Positions 18,421-26,327 of a stretch of 64,000 bases of DNA are shown here, piece after piece. Position numbers and translations under genes: made by a program. The first letter of the stretch is position 1. The number at the start of each line of letters is the position of its first letter. The DNA lies in NCBI GenBank assembly GCA_041665505.1, contig JBAYIR010000001.1, forward strand, positions 83,108 through 147,107. Reading direction: 5' to 3'. This DNA is from Patescibacteria group bacterium. GTDB lineage: Bacteria; Patescibacteriota; Patescibacteriia; UBA1558; GWA2-36-10. The notes under the pieces were generated by a model. That model was not told the DNA's origin and searched no databases. It saw only the letters and a list, made by a program, of their open reading frames with translations.

Positions 18421-19410
18421 ATGAGTCAAGATTATAAGCACATTAGCGTGCTACTTGATGAAGTTATAGAATTTTTAAATCCTAGTAGCAACCAAAATTA
18501 TATTGACCTTACTTTAGGAGGTGGAGGACACAGTGGTGCTATTTTAGCTAAGACAGGTCCAAAGGGTAAAGTATTGGCCTTTGAGATGGACACTAGGGCT
18601 ATTAACGCGGCTAAAAATAATTTGTCAGAATACCTGCCTACCGGACAGGCAGGTAGAGATAGACTGATTATTGTAAATAGTAGTTATATAAATTTAGAAA
18701 CAGAAGTAAAAAATAAAGATATTAAAAATATTTCTGGTATTGTTGCAGATTTAGGTTTGTCGTCTGACCAATTGGATAAAGCAGATAGGGGATTCTCATT
18801 CAAAGATCATGGACCACTGGACATGAGATTTGATCCAAATGGTCAGACTCCGACAGCTTCAGATATAGTCATGAACTCAACTGAGGCACAAATTTTAAAA
18901 ATATTTCGTGAGTATGGTGAAGTAAAACAGGCCAAGCGCCTGGCTAGAGGACTTGTCCTCTGGCGAAAAGATTTAGGTAAACAAAAACAAAAATCTATAA
19001 AAACTTCCATGCTTGTCAACGCCATACTCCGAATATTGAATATAAAAGAAGAGAGTTTGAAACGATTTCGTATCCATCCAGCCACGCAAGTGTTCCAAGC
19101 TCTACGTATAGCAGTCAACGATGAACTTAATAATTTACAAAAAGTTTTGCCACAAGCTTATAATATTCTATCTCCAGGCGGGCGTCTGGCGATCATCACT
19201 TTCCATTCTCTTGAAGATCGTATAGTCAAACACTATTTCAAGAATCTAAGCAAAGGATGTATTTGCCCGCCAGAGACTCCAGTCTGTCGCTGTAATAATC
19301 AAGCCAAGGTAAAACTTATTACTAAGAAAGCTATTAAAGCTTTACCAAAAGAAGTGGATAAAAATTTTCGTAGCCGCAGTGCTATATTAAGAGTAATAGA
19401 AAAAATATAA
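18421..19410 (+). CDS. rsmH: 16S rRNA (cytosine1402-N4)-methyltransferase RsmH
   Basis: 329 aa; HISVLLDEVIEFL...YIDLTLGGGGHS motif. Confidence 0.9.
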   Translation: MSQDYKHISVLLDEVIEFLNPSSNQNYIDLTLGGGGHSGAILAKTGPKGKVLAFEMDTRAINAAKNNLSEYLPTGQAGRDRLIIVNSSYINLETEVKNKDIKNISGIVADLGLSSDQLDKADRGFSFKDHGPLDMRFDPNGQTPTASDIVMNSTEAQILKIFREYGEVKQAKRLARGLVLWRKDLGKQKQKSIKTSMLVNAILRILNIKEESLKRFRIHPATQVFQALRIAVNDELNNLQKVLPQAYNILSPGGRLAIITFHSLEDRIVKHYFKNLSKGCICPPETPVCRCNNQAKVKLITKKAIKALPKEVDKNFRSRSAILRVIEKI

Positions 19411-19422
19411 AATTCCCATTTT

Positions 19423-19773
19423 GTGGGTATAAAAAATAAAAAAGAAGAAATGTCAAAAACAAAAACAAAATTAATTAGTGCTTGGCAGATCATCAAAAAA
19501 GGTAATACCTTTATGGTGTTTAGCTTGGTGTTACTACTAATGACAATGCTAGTTTCTACCAATTATGCCAATAGTCAATCATTAGAGAGGAATGAGCTTG
19601 GTGAGCAAATCAAGACGGCTGAAGATGAATTGAGACTTTTTAATGCTAATGTGGGTGAATTGCAAACCACAGAGAGGATCAAGCAAGAGAGTCAGAGATT
19701 AAATTTAGTAAAAATTCAAACTGAGAATATTTACTATGTAGATGGAGATCGTGATTTGGTTGCTTTAAAATAA
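19423..19773 (+). CDS. ftsL: cell division protein FtsL-like
   Basis: 116 aa, single TM then coiled-coil; position between rsmH and ftsI in dcw cluster. Confidence 0.5.
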   Translation: MGIKNKKEEMSKTKTKLISAWQIIKKGNTFMVFSLVLLLMTMLVSTNYANSQSLERNELGEQIKTAEDELRLFNANVGELQTTERIKQESQRLNLVKIQTENIYYVDGDRDLVALK

Positions 19774-19875
19774 AGGTTATTTGAAACTTATATTAGCTCC
19801 TCGGTTAGAAAATATAAAAGCTAGGCTTTCATATTTCGCTGGCTTTATATTGCTAATAAAATCAATTGCTTATTT

Positions 19876-21690
19876 ATGAATTTTTTTAGGTCTCAGAATG
19901 TGCAAATATCTGGTTTTAGAATAAATGCCCTCTGGTGGGGTATTTTTTTCTTAATACTTATCATTATTGGGAGACTTTTTTGTATTCAAATTTTAGATAA
20001 TGAATATTATTTTAAATTGGGCTTAAGCCAGAGATCAATAGTGAGAGAAATTAAACCGGAGCGAGGACGCATTTTTGCTGTGGCCAATGATGATGCTAGC
20101 GCCGAACTGTATCCTTTGGCTATTAATAAAGTTTACTATGAAATTAGTGTGGATCCTTCCAAAATTAGCCGCCCACAAAATATTGCAGATATTCTTATAG
20201 AAGTTTTAGGCATAGAAGATCAGGCAGCTAAAGATGATATTTTAAATAAAATTAAGAAAGAAAATAGATTTTATGAACTAATAGCTAAAGATGTACCAAA
20301 AGAAAAGGTAGATATTTTGATTGCTAAGTTAGAAGAAGTACGTTTTGATATGAATAAAGATAAATCAGAAAAAGATAGGGTCAGAGATTTATCAGGTTTA
20401 GGTGTTAATTTTGTAAAAAACGTATTGCGTTATTATCCTGATAAAGAGATAGGAGCCCATATTTTGGGATTCTTGGGTTATGATGATACGGGCGTAGATA
20501 GAGTAGGTAAATATGGTTTAGAAGGATATTTTGACAATGCTTTAGCTGGTTTAGGAGGGCAAGTAGTAGGCGAAGCTGATGTGGCTGGTCGGCTTTTGAC
20601 TGGCAATGATGGTAAGGCGGTGGAAAATGGGGCAGATATTATTTTGACTATTGATCGGACAGTGCAATACGCCGTTTGTAAATCTTTGGAAAAGTCTGTC
20701 GCCAATTATATGGCCAAGTCAGGCACAGTCATTGTCATGGAAACAACAACTGGCGCTATCAGAGCGATGTGTACTTATCCTAGCTTTGATCCAAATAATT
20801 ATAGTGATGTAGCCAGTGGTGATGTTTATAATAATCTGGCAGTTTATGATAATTATGAGCCAGGCTCAGTGATGAAGTCTATTTCTCTGGCTATTGCTAT
20901 AGATCAAAATAAAATAACGCCAAATACTGTTTATGAAGACAAAGGGGAGGTAAAATTTTCTAGTGGACAAACCATTAGAAATTCTGATTTGAAAGCTCAC
21001 GGTATGGTAGATATGAAAGAAGTACTAGCTGCTTCTTTAAACACTGGTGTTGTCTTTGCCACTTCAGATATTAATAATAAAATTTTTGAAGATTATATGA
21101 AAAAATTTGGTTTTGGCCAAAAAAGTGATTTGGCCATTAGCCAAGATTCAGAAGGTAATATTTCTTCTTTATCTAAAAGTGGAGATATTTATAAAGCTAC
21201 TGCTTCTTATGGGCAGGGTGTGACGGTATCACCTATGCAGATGTTAAATGCTATAAATGTCCTAGCCAACAGTGGGAACTTGGTGAAGCCTTATATTGTT
21301 TCTAGAATAGTTTATGCCAATGGTACAGAAGAAAAATTTTCTCCTAAAGTACTTCGTCAGGTAATAGATAAAGCTACTGCTACCCAATTATCAGCTATGA
21401 TGGTTAACGTAGTAGATAATGGTCATTCTAAGAAAGCTGGAGTAGAGGGATATTATGTGGCTGCTAAAACTGGTACCGCTCAGGTAGCCAATCCAGATAC
21501 TGGTCGTTATTATACTGATAGAACTATACATACTTTGACTGGTTTTGCTCCCAATGAAAATCCAAAGTTTACTATGCTGGCAAAATTAGATTATCCAAAA
21601 GCGGCTTTTGCCGAATCCACAGCCGCTCCATTATTTGGTGAAATTAGCAAATTTCTGTTAGAATATTATCAGATAGCACCCACAAGATAA
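19876..21690 (+). CDS. ftsI: penicillin-binding protein 2 / FtsI transpeptidase
   Basis: 604 aa; N-terminal TM, SVMKS (SxxK), SLN (SxN), KTGTA (KTG) motifs. Confidence 0.85.
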   Translation: MNFFRSQNVQISGFRINALWWGIFFLILIIIGRLFCIQILDNEYYFKLGLSQRSIVREIKPERGRIFAVANDDASAELYPLAINKVYYEISVDPSKISRPQNIADILIEVLGIEDQAAKDDILNKIKKENRFYELIAKDVPKEKVDILIAKLEEVRFDMNKDKSEKDRVRDLSGLGVNFVKNVLRYYPDKEIGAHILGFLGYDDTGVDRVGKYGLEGYFDNALAGLGGQVVGEADVAGRLLTGNDGKAVENGADIILTIDRTVQYAVCKSLEKSVANYMAKSGTVIVMETTTGAIRAMCTYPSFDPNNYSDVASGDVYNNLAVYDNYEPGSVMKSISLAIAIDQNKITPNTVYEDKGEVKFSSGQTIRNSDLKAHGMVDMKEVLAASLNTGVVFATSDINNKIFEDYMKKFGFGQKSDLAISQDSEGNISSLSKSGDIYKATASYGQGVTVSPMQMLNAINVLANSGNLVKPYIVSRIVYANGTEEKFSPKVLRQVIDKATATQLSAMMVNVVDNGHSKKAGVEGYYVAAKTGTAQVANPDTGRYYTDRTIHTLTGFAPNENPKFTMLAKLDYPKAAFAESTAAPLFGEISKFLLEYYQIAPTR

Positions 21691-21698
21691 ATTTAAAA

Positions 21699-22964
21699 AT
21701 GAAAAAAATATTACATATTATTTTAAGATTATTAGCTAAAGCCGTAGTTGATAAATATCAACCCAAGGTGATTGCTATTACTGGCTCGGTGGGTAAAACT
21801 TCAGCTAAAGAGGCTATTTTTGTAGTTTTAAAGGATAAATTTAATACTAGGGCTCCTAGCAAGAATTTTAATAATGAAATCGGCACACCTTTGACTATTT
21901 TAGGTCGCCAAAACTCACCAGGTAAAAATATTTTAGCTTGGCTTTGGATATTTATTTTGGCTATAAAATTATTGATTATTAAAGATAAAAATTATCCTCA
22001 AGTATTGGTTCTAGAGATGGGGGCTGATAAAGTAGGGGATATAAAATATTTGACCTCTATTGCTCGTCCACAAATTGGCCTTATTACTGCTATTGGCACT
22101 AGCCATCTAGAATTTTTTAAAACAATAGAAAATATTGTCAAAGAAAAAAGTTCTATATTGGATAGATTGCATAAAGATGAATTGGCAGTTTTAAATAATG
22201 ATGATGTCAATTTAGAAAAAGTAATAGCCAATTGTCAAAGCAAAGTTTTGACTTATGGCCGAAAAGAAAATTCTAATATTAGAATTTCAGATATCAATAT
22301 TGTTAAAAAAGAGGATGCTTATGGTACAAATTTTAAATTGACTTATCAGGGAGCAGAAGTGCCAATGTTTTTGCCTTATGTCTTGGGCTGGCAGCATACT
22401 TACGCCGCTGCTAGCGCAGTAGCAATAGCTTTGTCTATGGGCATGAATTTGGTAGAAATTGGTCAAAGATTATTGGATTATCGGCCAGCCCGTGGCAGGA
22501 CCAATCTTATCAAAGGAATAAAAGATACTTGGATAATTGATGATTCTTACAATGCCTCTCCACAGTCTGCTAAAGCAGCTTTGGATCTTTTGGTAGCTAT
22601 GCCTATAGCTGGCAGGAAAATAGCAGTCTTAGGTGATATGCTGGAGCTAGGCTCTTTAAGTGTTGAAGCTCATCAAGAAGTGGGTAGAGAATTAGTAAAG
22701 TTGGGTGTTGATTATTTGTTTGTAGTGGGAGAGAGATCATGTGATATTGCTAGAGGAGCTAGGACAGCTGGTATGGATGAAGATAATATTTATCATTTTG
22801 CTTTTACTACTGAAGCTGGTTTATTTTTGCAAGAACGTCTTAAGGAAAATGATGTCATACTAGTTAAAGGTTCTCGGGGAGCTAAGATGGAGCAAATTGT
22901 TTATGAGATAATGGCTAAACCATGGTCAGCCAAGGATTTATTAGTCGGACAAATAGTCAAATAG
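21699..22964 (+). CDS. murF: UDP-N-acetylmuramoyl-tripeptide--D-alanyl-D-alanine ligase
   Basis: 421 aa; Mur ligase P-loop ITGSVGKTS; dcw position after ftsI. Confidence 0.7.
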   Translation: MKKILHIILRLLAKAVVDKYQPKVIAITGSVGKTSAKEAIFVVLKDKFNTRAPSKNFNNEIGTPLTILGRQNSPGKNILAWLWIFILAIKLLIIKDKNYPQVLVLEMGADKVGDIKYLTSIARPQIGLITAIGTSHLEFFKTIENIVKEKSSILDRLHKDELAVLNNDDVNLEKVIANCQSKVLTYGRKENSNIRISDINIVKKEDAYGTNFKLTYQGAEVPMFLPYVLGWQHTYAAASAVAIALSMGMNLVEIGQRLLDYRPARGRTNLIKGIKDTWIIDDSYNASPQSAKAALDLLVAMPIAGRKIAVLGDMLELGSLSVEAHQEVGRELVKLGVDYLFVVGERSCDIARGARTAGMDEDNIYHFAFTTEAGLFLQERLKENDVILVKGSRGAKMEQIVYEIMAKPWSAKDLLVGQIVK

Positions 22965-23075
22965 CTTGACTATAGTTTAAATATTTGTTAGAAATATATC
23001 TGTTTTATAGTCCCATACCGTTATTAGGCGGATGGGAGTTTAATAATTATGTTGTTAATATTTATAATATTTTAT

Positions 23076-23150
23076 GGCCCCATCGTCTAACGGTTAGGAC
23101 GTCAGGTTCTCAACCTGGCAATCAGGGTTCGATTCCCTGTGGGGTCACCA
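23076..23150 (+). tRNA. tRNA-Glu (anticodon CTC), CCA encoded
   Basis: Cloverleaf folded by hand: acceptor GGCCCCA/TGGGGTC, D-loop AACGGTTA, anticodon loop TTCTCAA, T-loop TTCGATT. Confidence 0.75.
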
Positions 23151-23151
23151 A

Positions 23152-23228
23152 GGGCATGTAGCTCAGTTGGTTAGAGCACTACATTCACATTGTAGGGGTC
23201 GAAGGTTCGAATCCCTCCATGCCCACCA
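23152..23228 (+). tRNA. tRNA-Val (anticodon CAC), CCA encoded
   Basis: Acceptor GGGCATG/CATGCCC, anticodon stem CTACA/TGTAG with loop TTCACAT, T-loop TTCGAAT. Confidence 0.75.
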
Positions 23229-23354
23229 TTCGACTCCGTTCTGCTCTGCAGAACTTCGCTCATGGTCTGCGACCACAAAAGTAAATTAAAATATAAGGTG
23301 TCGAATGTCCTGAGCGGAGTCCTGAGTTTATCGGAGGACGAAGTCGAAGGACAT
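23226..23354 (+). ncRNA. conserved structured tRNA 3'-trailer element, copy 1 (unknown family)
   Basis: Starts at the tRNA-Val CCA with TTCGACTCCG. Shares hairpin, ACTTCGCTCA/TGAGCGRAGT long-range pair, TGGTC/GACCA stem and CATTCGACTCC/GG(A/T)GTCGAATG closing helix with copies at 28003..27891(-) and 58824..58946(+). Followed by weak hairpin plus T7. Confidence 0.5.
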
Positions 23355-23383
23355 TAAAAATCAGTTTTATTTAAGGACTGTTT

Positions 23384-23430
23384 TTTTGTTGAAAAAAGAA
23401 GGCCGCCGCCACGTCAGACGTGGCGGCGGC
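23384..23430 (-). terminator. GC-rich palindromic terminator of cassette B1
   Basis: gccgccgccacg-tcaga-cgtggcggcggc 12-bp stem; A-run on plus (T-run on minus) at 23391-23397. Confidence 0.6.
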
Positions 23431-23445
23431 ATGAAGCGATATGAC

Positions 23446-24111
23446 CTAGCCGAGGTCGGCTTGGTCGAGGAGGCTCTTCTCGTATCTCTCGGCCACTTCG
23501 AGCTGATGCATCAGCCCATCGATGGCCATCTGGATGAGGTCTTCCCGGCAGGTCGGGACAGCTACAAAGCGTCTAGCCGCTTTGTCAGTTGGGAACATCA
23601 CAACCATCCACCAGCCTGCGGTAATTCCGCCGATTCCTTTGACCTTGCTACCGTAGGTGGTTGCCTTACCATCGACGATATCGTCGGGATTCTCCAAGCC
23701 GTAGCCATGGAAGCAGCGATAGTCGGGACCATGACGCTTGAATCGCAGGACCGCCACGACGGGTATTCTCACGTATTGATGGTACGTGGCAGCAGAGCAG
23801 CTGGTCGCCCTGACGATCTCGTTGTAGAACCCATCTTTGCGCTGAATTCTGATCAGCTGGTCAGAGAGGTCTCCCAGGACCGTCTTGATCTCCGAGCTGT
23901 CTGCAATCGGCCGTGCTATGACCGTGGTGGCCTGGGGGTTGACCTTGATGTCCAGCAGTGCAAAGCCGGCTTTTGCCAAGCTGATGGGGGACTCCGGATC
24001 GAGGGTGCCAGTAGCTACATCGTCTCTACCGATTCCCCAACGAAAACAATGATTGCCGTCGAGCCGTACCACACCAGTGGTGTAGATGGGGTCACAATTT
24101 TGTGCCTGCAT
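23446..24111 (-). CDS. high-GC hypothetical cytoplasmic protein (foreign cassette B1)
   Basis: Preferred start ATG 24111 with GGAGG(24123..24119)-7 nt-ATG, giving 221 aa; track start 24147 lacks SD. Natural-looking composition, unlike the plus-strand antisense ORF 23386..24153. No family recognised. Confidence 0.5.
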   Translation of the reverse strand: MQAQNCDPIYTTGVVRLDGNHCFRWGIGRDDVATGTLDPESPISLAKAGFALLDIKVNPQATTVIARPIADSSEIKTVLGDLSDQLIRIQRKDGFYNEIVRATSCSAATYHQYVRIPVVAVLRFKRHGPDYRCFHGYGLENPDDIVDGKATTYGSKVKGIGGITAGWWMVVMFPTDKAARRFVAVPTCREDLIQMAIDGLMHQLEVAERYEKSLLDQADLG

Positions 24112-24193
24112 TGGGAATCCTCCAGATTTAGTTGCATTTGTCTGCATTTATGATGCCTGCTGGCACCATTGTTCCTAGAGTTAGGAACAAAGT

Positions 24194-24222
24194 ATTATAC
24201 TATTATTTATTTTTTTTGTCAA
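24194..24222 (-). promoter_or_regulatory. perfect consensus sigma70 promoter TTGACA-17-TATAAT driving B1 (minus)
   Basis: plus attata 24194-24199, tgtcaa 24217-24222, 17-nt spacer counted. 5' UTR begins with 7-bp hairpin gttccta-actc-taggaac. Confidence 0.6.
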
Positions 24223-24235
24223 TGGTTGTTATATT

Positions 24236-24278
24236 TAAAGAAAATTAAGACCGCCGCGCATCCAGGGACGCGCGGCGG
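24236..24278 (-). terminator. GC-rich hairpin terminator of cassette B2
   Basis: ccgccgcgc-atccagggac-gcgcggcgg 9-bp stem, A/T-rich tract on minus side after hairpin. Confidence 0.55.
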
Positions 24279-24290
24279 CTACGGAGGATA

Positions 24291-24791
24291 CTACGGAAGT
24301 ATCTTCCAGACGGTAGGATTTCTTTTCCGGAAACTCTTGATGCTCTGCTCTCGGTGCATATTTTTGGCCAACACTACGGCCAAGATCAGAAGCATCAGAG
24401 CCATGAGGCTCTTGAACAGAGCCAAAATCCCTTGACCTAAAGGAGCGTGGATGGTGTGGACGGACATCGTCGCAACCAGTTTGTCTCCTTTGGTCTCGTA
24501 GACCATGAACTGGTACTGACCGAAGACGATCAGTGCTTCTTCGCCACTTTTGATGGTGGCGAGGTGCCGGCTGTTCTTGATGACCTTGAAGTAACACTCC
24601 TTGGAGTCGATGGTGACCAGCGCATGTTCGCTAATCTTGAAATCGACACTGTCGCCGTCCCGAAGGACAGCTCCAGTCACAGGAATCCGGTCATTCTCCG
24701 AACGAATATGGAGCTCGATAGCTCCTTCGCTCGCACGGACGACGGTGGTGGCACAGATCAGAATGGCGATGGTCAGAAGAAGAGTCTTCAT
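24291..24791 (-). CDS. high-GC secreted protein with N-terminal signal peptide and C-terminal TM anchor (foreign cassette B2)
   Basis: 166 aa; MKTLLLTIAILICATTVVRASEG signal peptide; C-terminal LMALMLLILAVVLA hydrophobic helix; AAAGGA SD 8 nt before ATG. Confidence 0.5.
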   Translation of the reverse strand: MKTLLLTIAILICATTVVRASEGAIELHIRSENDRIPVTGAVLRDGDSVDFKISEHALVTIDSKECYFKVIKNSRHLATIKSGEEALIVFGQYQFMVYETKGDKLVATMSVHTIHAPLGQGILALFKSLMALMLLILAVVLAKNMHREQSIKSFRKRNPTVWKILP

Positions 24792-24894
24792 GTCGCGAGT
24801 CCTTTCGCTTGCAGTTTCAGGTTCCTTCCCTCTTTATTTTAAAGGCTTTTGAGCCTTTTGTGACGTCAATGAGCTTGCTTTAAGCAATTATCTA

Positions 24895-24923
24895 ATTATA
24901 GCACTTTTTATCTTTTTTGTCAA
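24895..24923 (-). promoter_or_regulatory. perfect consensus sigma70 promoter TTGACA-17-TATAAT driving B2 (minus)
   Basis: plus attata 24895-24900, tgtcaa 24918-24923; ~95-nt leader to ATG 24791. Confidence 0.6.
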
Positions 24924-25021
24924 TGTATATTATTAAAATATATAAATATGTTTGAAAGCGCCATTATAGTTGACAATATTGATTATTTTTGTTAATATTT
25001 ACCCTGTTAAATAAAGAAAAT

Positions 25022-25336
25022 ATGAAAGCAGTTATAAAAACAGGTGGAAAACAATATCAAGTCGTCAAAGGTGATATTATTAAGATTGAAAAATTACCAA
25101 AGACTGAAGAAGGACAAAAGGTAATTTTTGATACAGTTTTACTTTTAGTAGATAAAGATAAAGCAACTTTGGGTAATCCGACTGTGGCTAAGGCCAAAGT
25201 GGAAGCTACTTTATTGCGTAATTTTAAAACCAAAAAAGTAGATGTCTTTAAATATAAAAATAAGACTAGATACAGAAAAAATTATGGTCATCGTCAACAG
25301 TTAGCTGAAGTAAAGATTGATAACATTGTTGCCTAA
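25022..25336 (+). CDS. rplU: 50S ribosomal protein L21
   Basis: MKAVIKTGGKQYQVVKGD start; the track ORF 24989 starts 11 codons earlier but the conserved L21 N-terminus begins at 25022. Confidence 0.85.
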   Translation: MKAVIKTGGKQYQVVKGDIIKIEKLPKTEEGQKVIFDTVLLLVDKDKATLGNPTVAKAKVEATLLRNFKTKKVDVFKYKNKTRYRKNYGHRQQLAEVKIDNIVA

Positions 25337-25349
25337 AAAATTTCAATAA

Positions 25350-25382
25350 TAAAAAAAGAACTAGCTAGCTAGTTCTTTTTTG
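25350..25382. terminator. bidirectional terminator between rplU and recR
   Basis: aaaaaaagaactagc-tag-ctagttctttttt palindrome with A-run before and T-run after. Confidence 0.6.
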
Positions 25383-25411
25383 TTTGTAGTTTAATTTTTT
25401 TTGAAACTGCT

Positions 25412-26008
25412 TTATAATTTTTTTCTATTTTTTAAAGCCGAGCTCAAGGTAACTTCATCAGTATATTCTATATTAGCTCCCATTGGTATACCTCTAGCTA
25501 GTTGGGTAACTGCTACTGGGTAGTCTTGTAAAAATTTGGCCAGGTAAATAGTAGTTGCTTCTCCTTCCATACTTTGATCAAGAGCGATAATCATTTCACT
25601 GACGCCATTATTTTTTATTCTCGCGGCTAGTTCTTTTATTTTTAATTTGTCAGGAGTAATACCTTCTAGCGGACTCAGTAAGCCATTTAATAGATGATAG
25701 ACACCATTAAATTCTCTGGTTTTTTCTATTGCTTCGACATCTTGATTGTTGGCTACTACACAGATAGTAGTCTTATCTCTCTGAGGATTAGCACAAATAC
25801 TGCATAGGCCATCGTCTGTCAAATCGTAGCACTCTGGACAAAGGTGGATATTTTTATAAGCATCGGCCAAGGCTTCTGATAATTCTTTGATATCTTCTTT
25901 TCTATGCATCAAATTAAAAACTAACCTGGCGGAAGTTTTTGGTCCAATGCCAGGTAGTTTATCAAATTCATTGATTAGTCTTTGTAGGAAAGCTGGTAAA
26001 TGCTTCAT
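25412..26008 (-). CDS. recR: recombination protein RecR
   Basis: 198 aa; LINEFDKLPGIGPKTSARLVF HhH and CPECY...CSIC zinc finger, Toprim-like C-terminus. Confidence 0.9.
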   Translation of the reverse strand: MKHLPAFLQRLINEFDKLPGIGPKTSARLVFNLMHRKEDIKELSEALADAYKNIHLCPECYDLTDDGLCSICANPQRDKTTICVVANNQDVEAIEKTREFNGVYHLLNGLLSPLEGITPDKLKIKELAARIKNNGVSEMIIALDQSMEGEATTIYLAKFLQDYPVAVTQLARGIPMGANIEYTDEVTLSSALKNRKKL

Positions 26009-26015
26009 AAGGAGT

Positions 26016-26306
26016 TTATTTTAAAAGACTATCGAAGCCGCCCATTTGTTGCATCTTCATAGCCATCTTGCGTTGGACTTTTTTGATAGCCTCGGAAATG
26101 CCACTGATAATTTCTTTTTCTAGTTCATTTTTTTTGTCTTTAGCCAAGAAATCATCACTAATATCTAAACTTTTTATTTCTTGATTACCATCCATCACTA
26201 TTTTGACAGCACGGTTACTAACCTCAACACTTTCTTCAGCCATAGCATTTTTGATGGTGCTAGCTTGTTTTCTTAGGTCGTTGTATTGTTTTAATTTGTT
26301 GAACAT
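26016..26306 (-). CDS. ybaB: nucleoid-associated protein YbaB/EbfC
   Basis: 96 aa; MFNKLKQYNDLRKQA...MQQMGG typical YbaB. Confidence 0.85.
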   Translation of the reverse strand: MFNKLKQYNDLRKQASTIKNAMAEESVEVSNRAVKIVMDGNQEIKSLDISDDFLAKDKKNELEKEIISGISEAIKKVQRKMAMKMQQMGGFDSLLK

Positions 26307-26327
26307 ATTTTGTTTTAATTAATTATT

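Noticed and set aside
23226-23354. Trailer element as hammerhead or other known small self-cleaving ribozyme, or as tRNA intron
   Set aside because: No CUGANGA...GAAA hammerhead core or other recognisable ribozyme core. It lies after the encoded CCA, not in the anticodon loop. Left as unknown family.
23386-24153. 255-aa plus-strand ORF overlapping cassette B1
   Set aside because: Arg/Gly/Leu-rich low-complexity translation typical of antisense reading of a high-GC gene; no SD; the minus-strand ORF has natural composition, an SD and a terminator.
24447-24852. Plus-strand ORFs 24447..24842 and 24601..24852 and minus ORF 24235..24597 around cassette B2
   Set aside because: Overlap B2 on other frames or strands; high-GC antisense artefacts.
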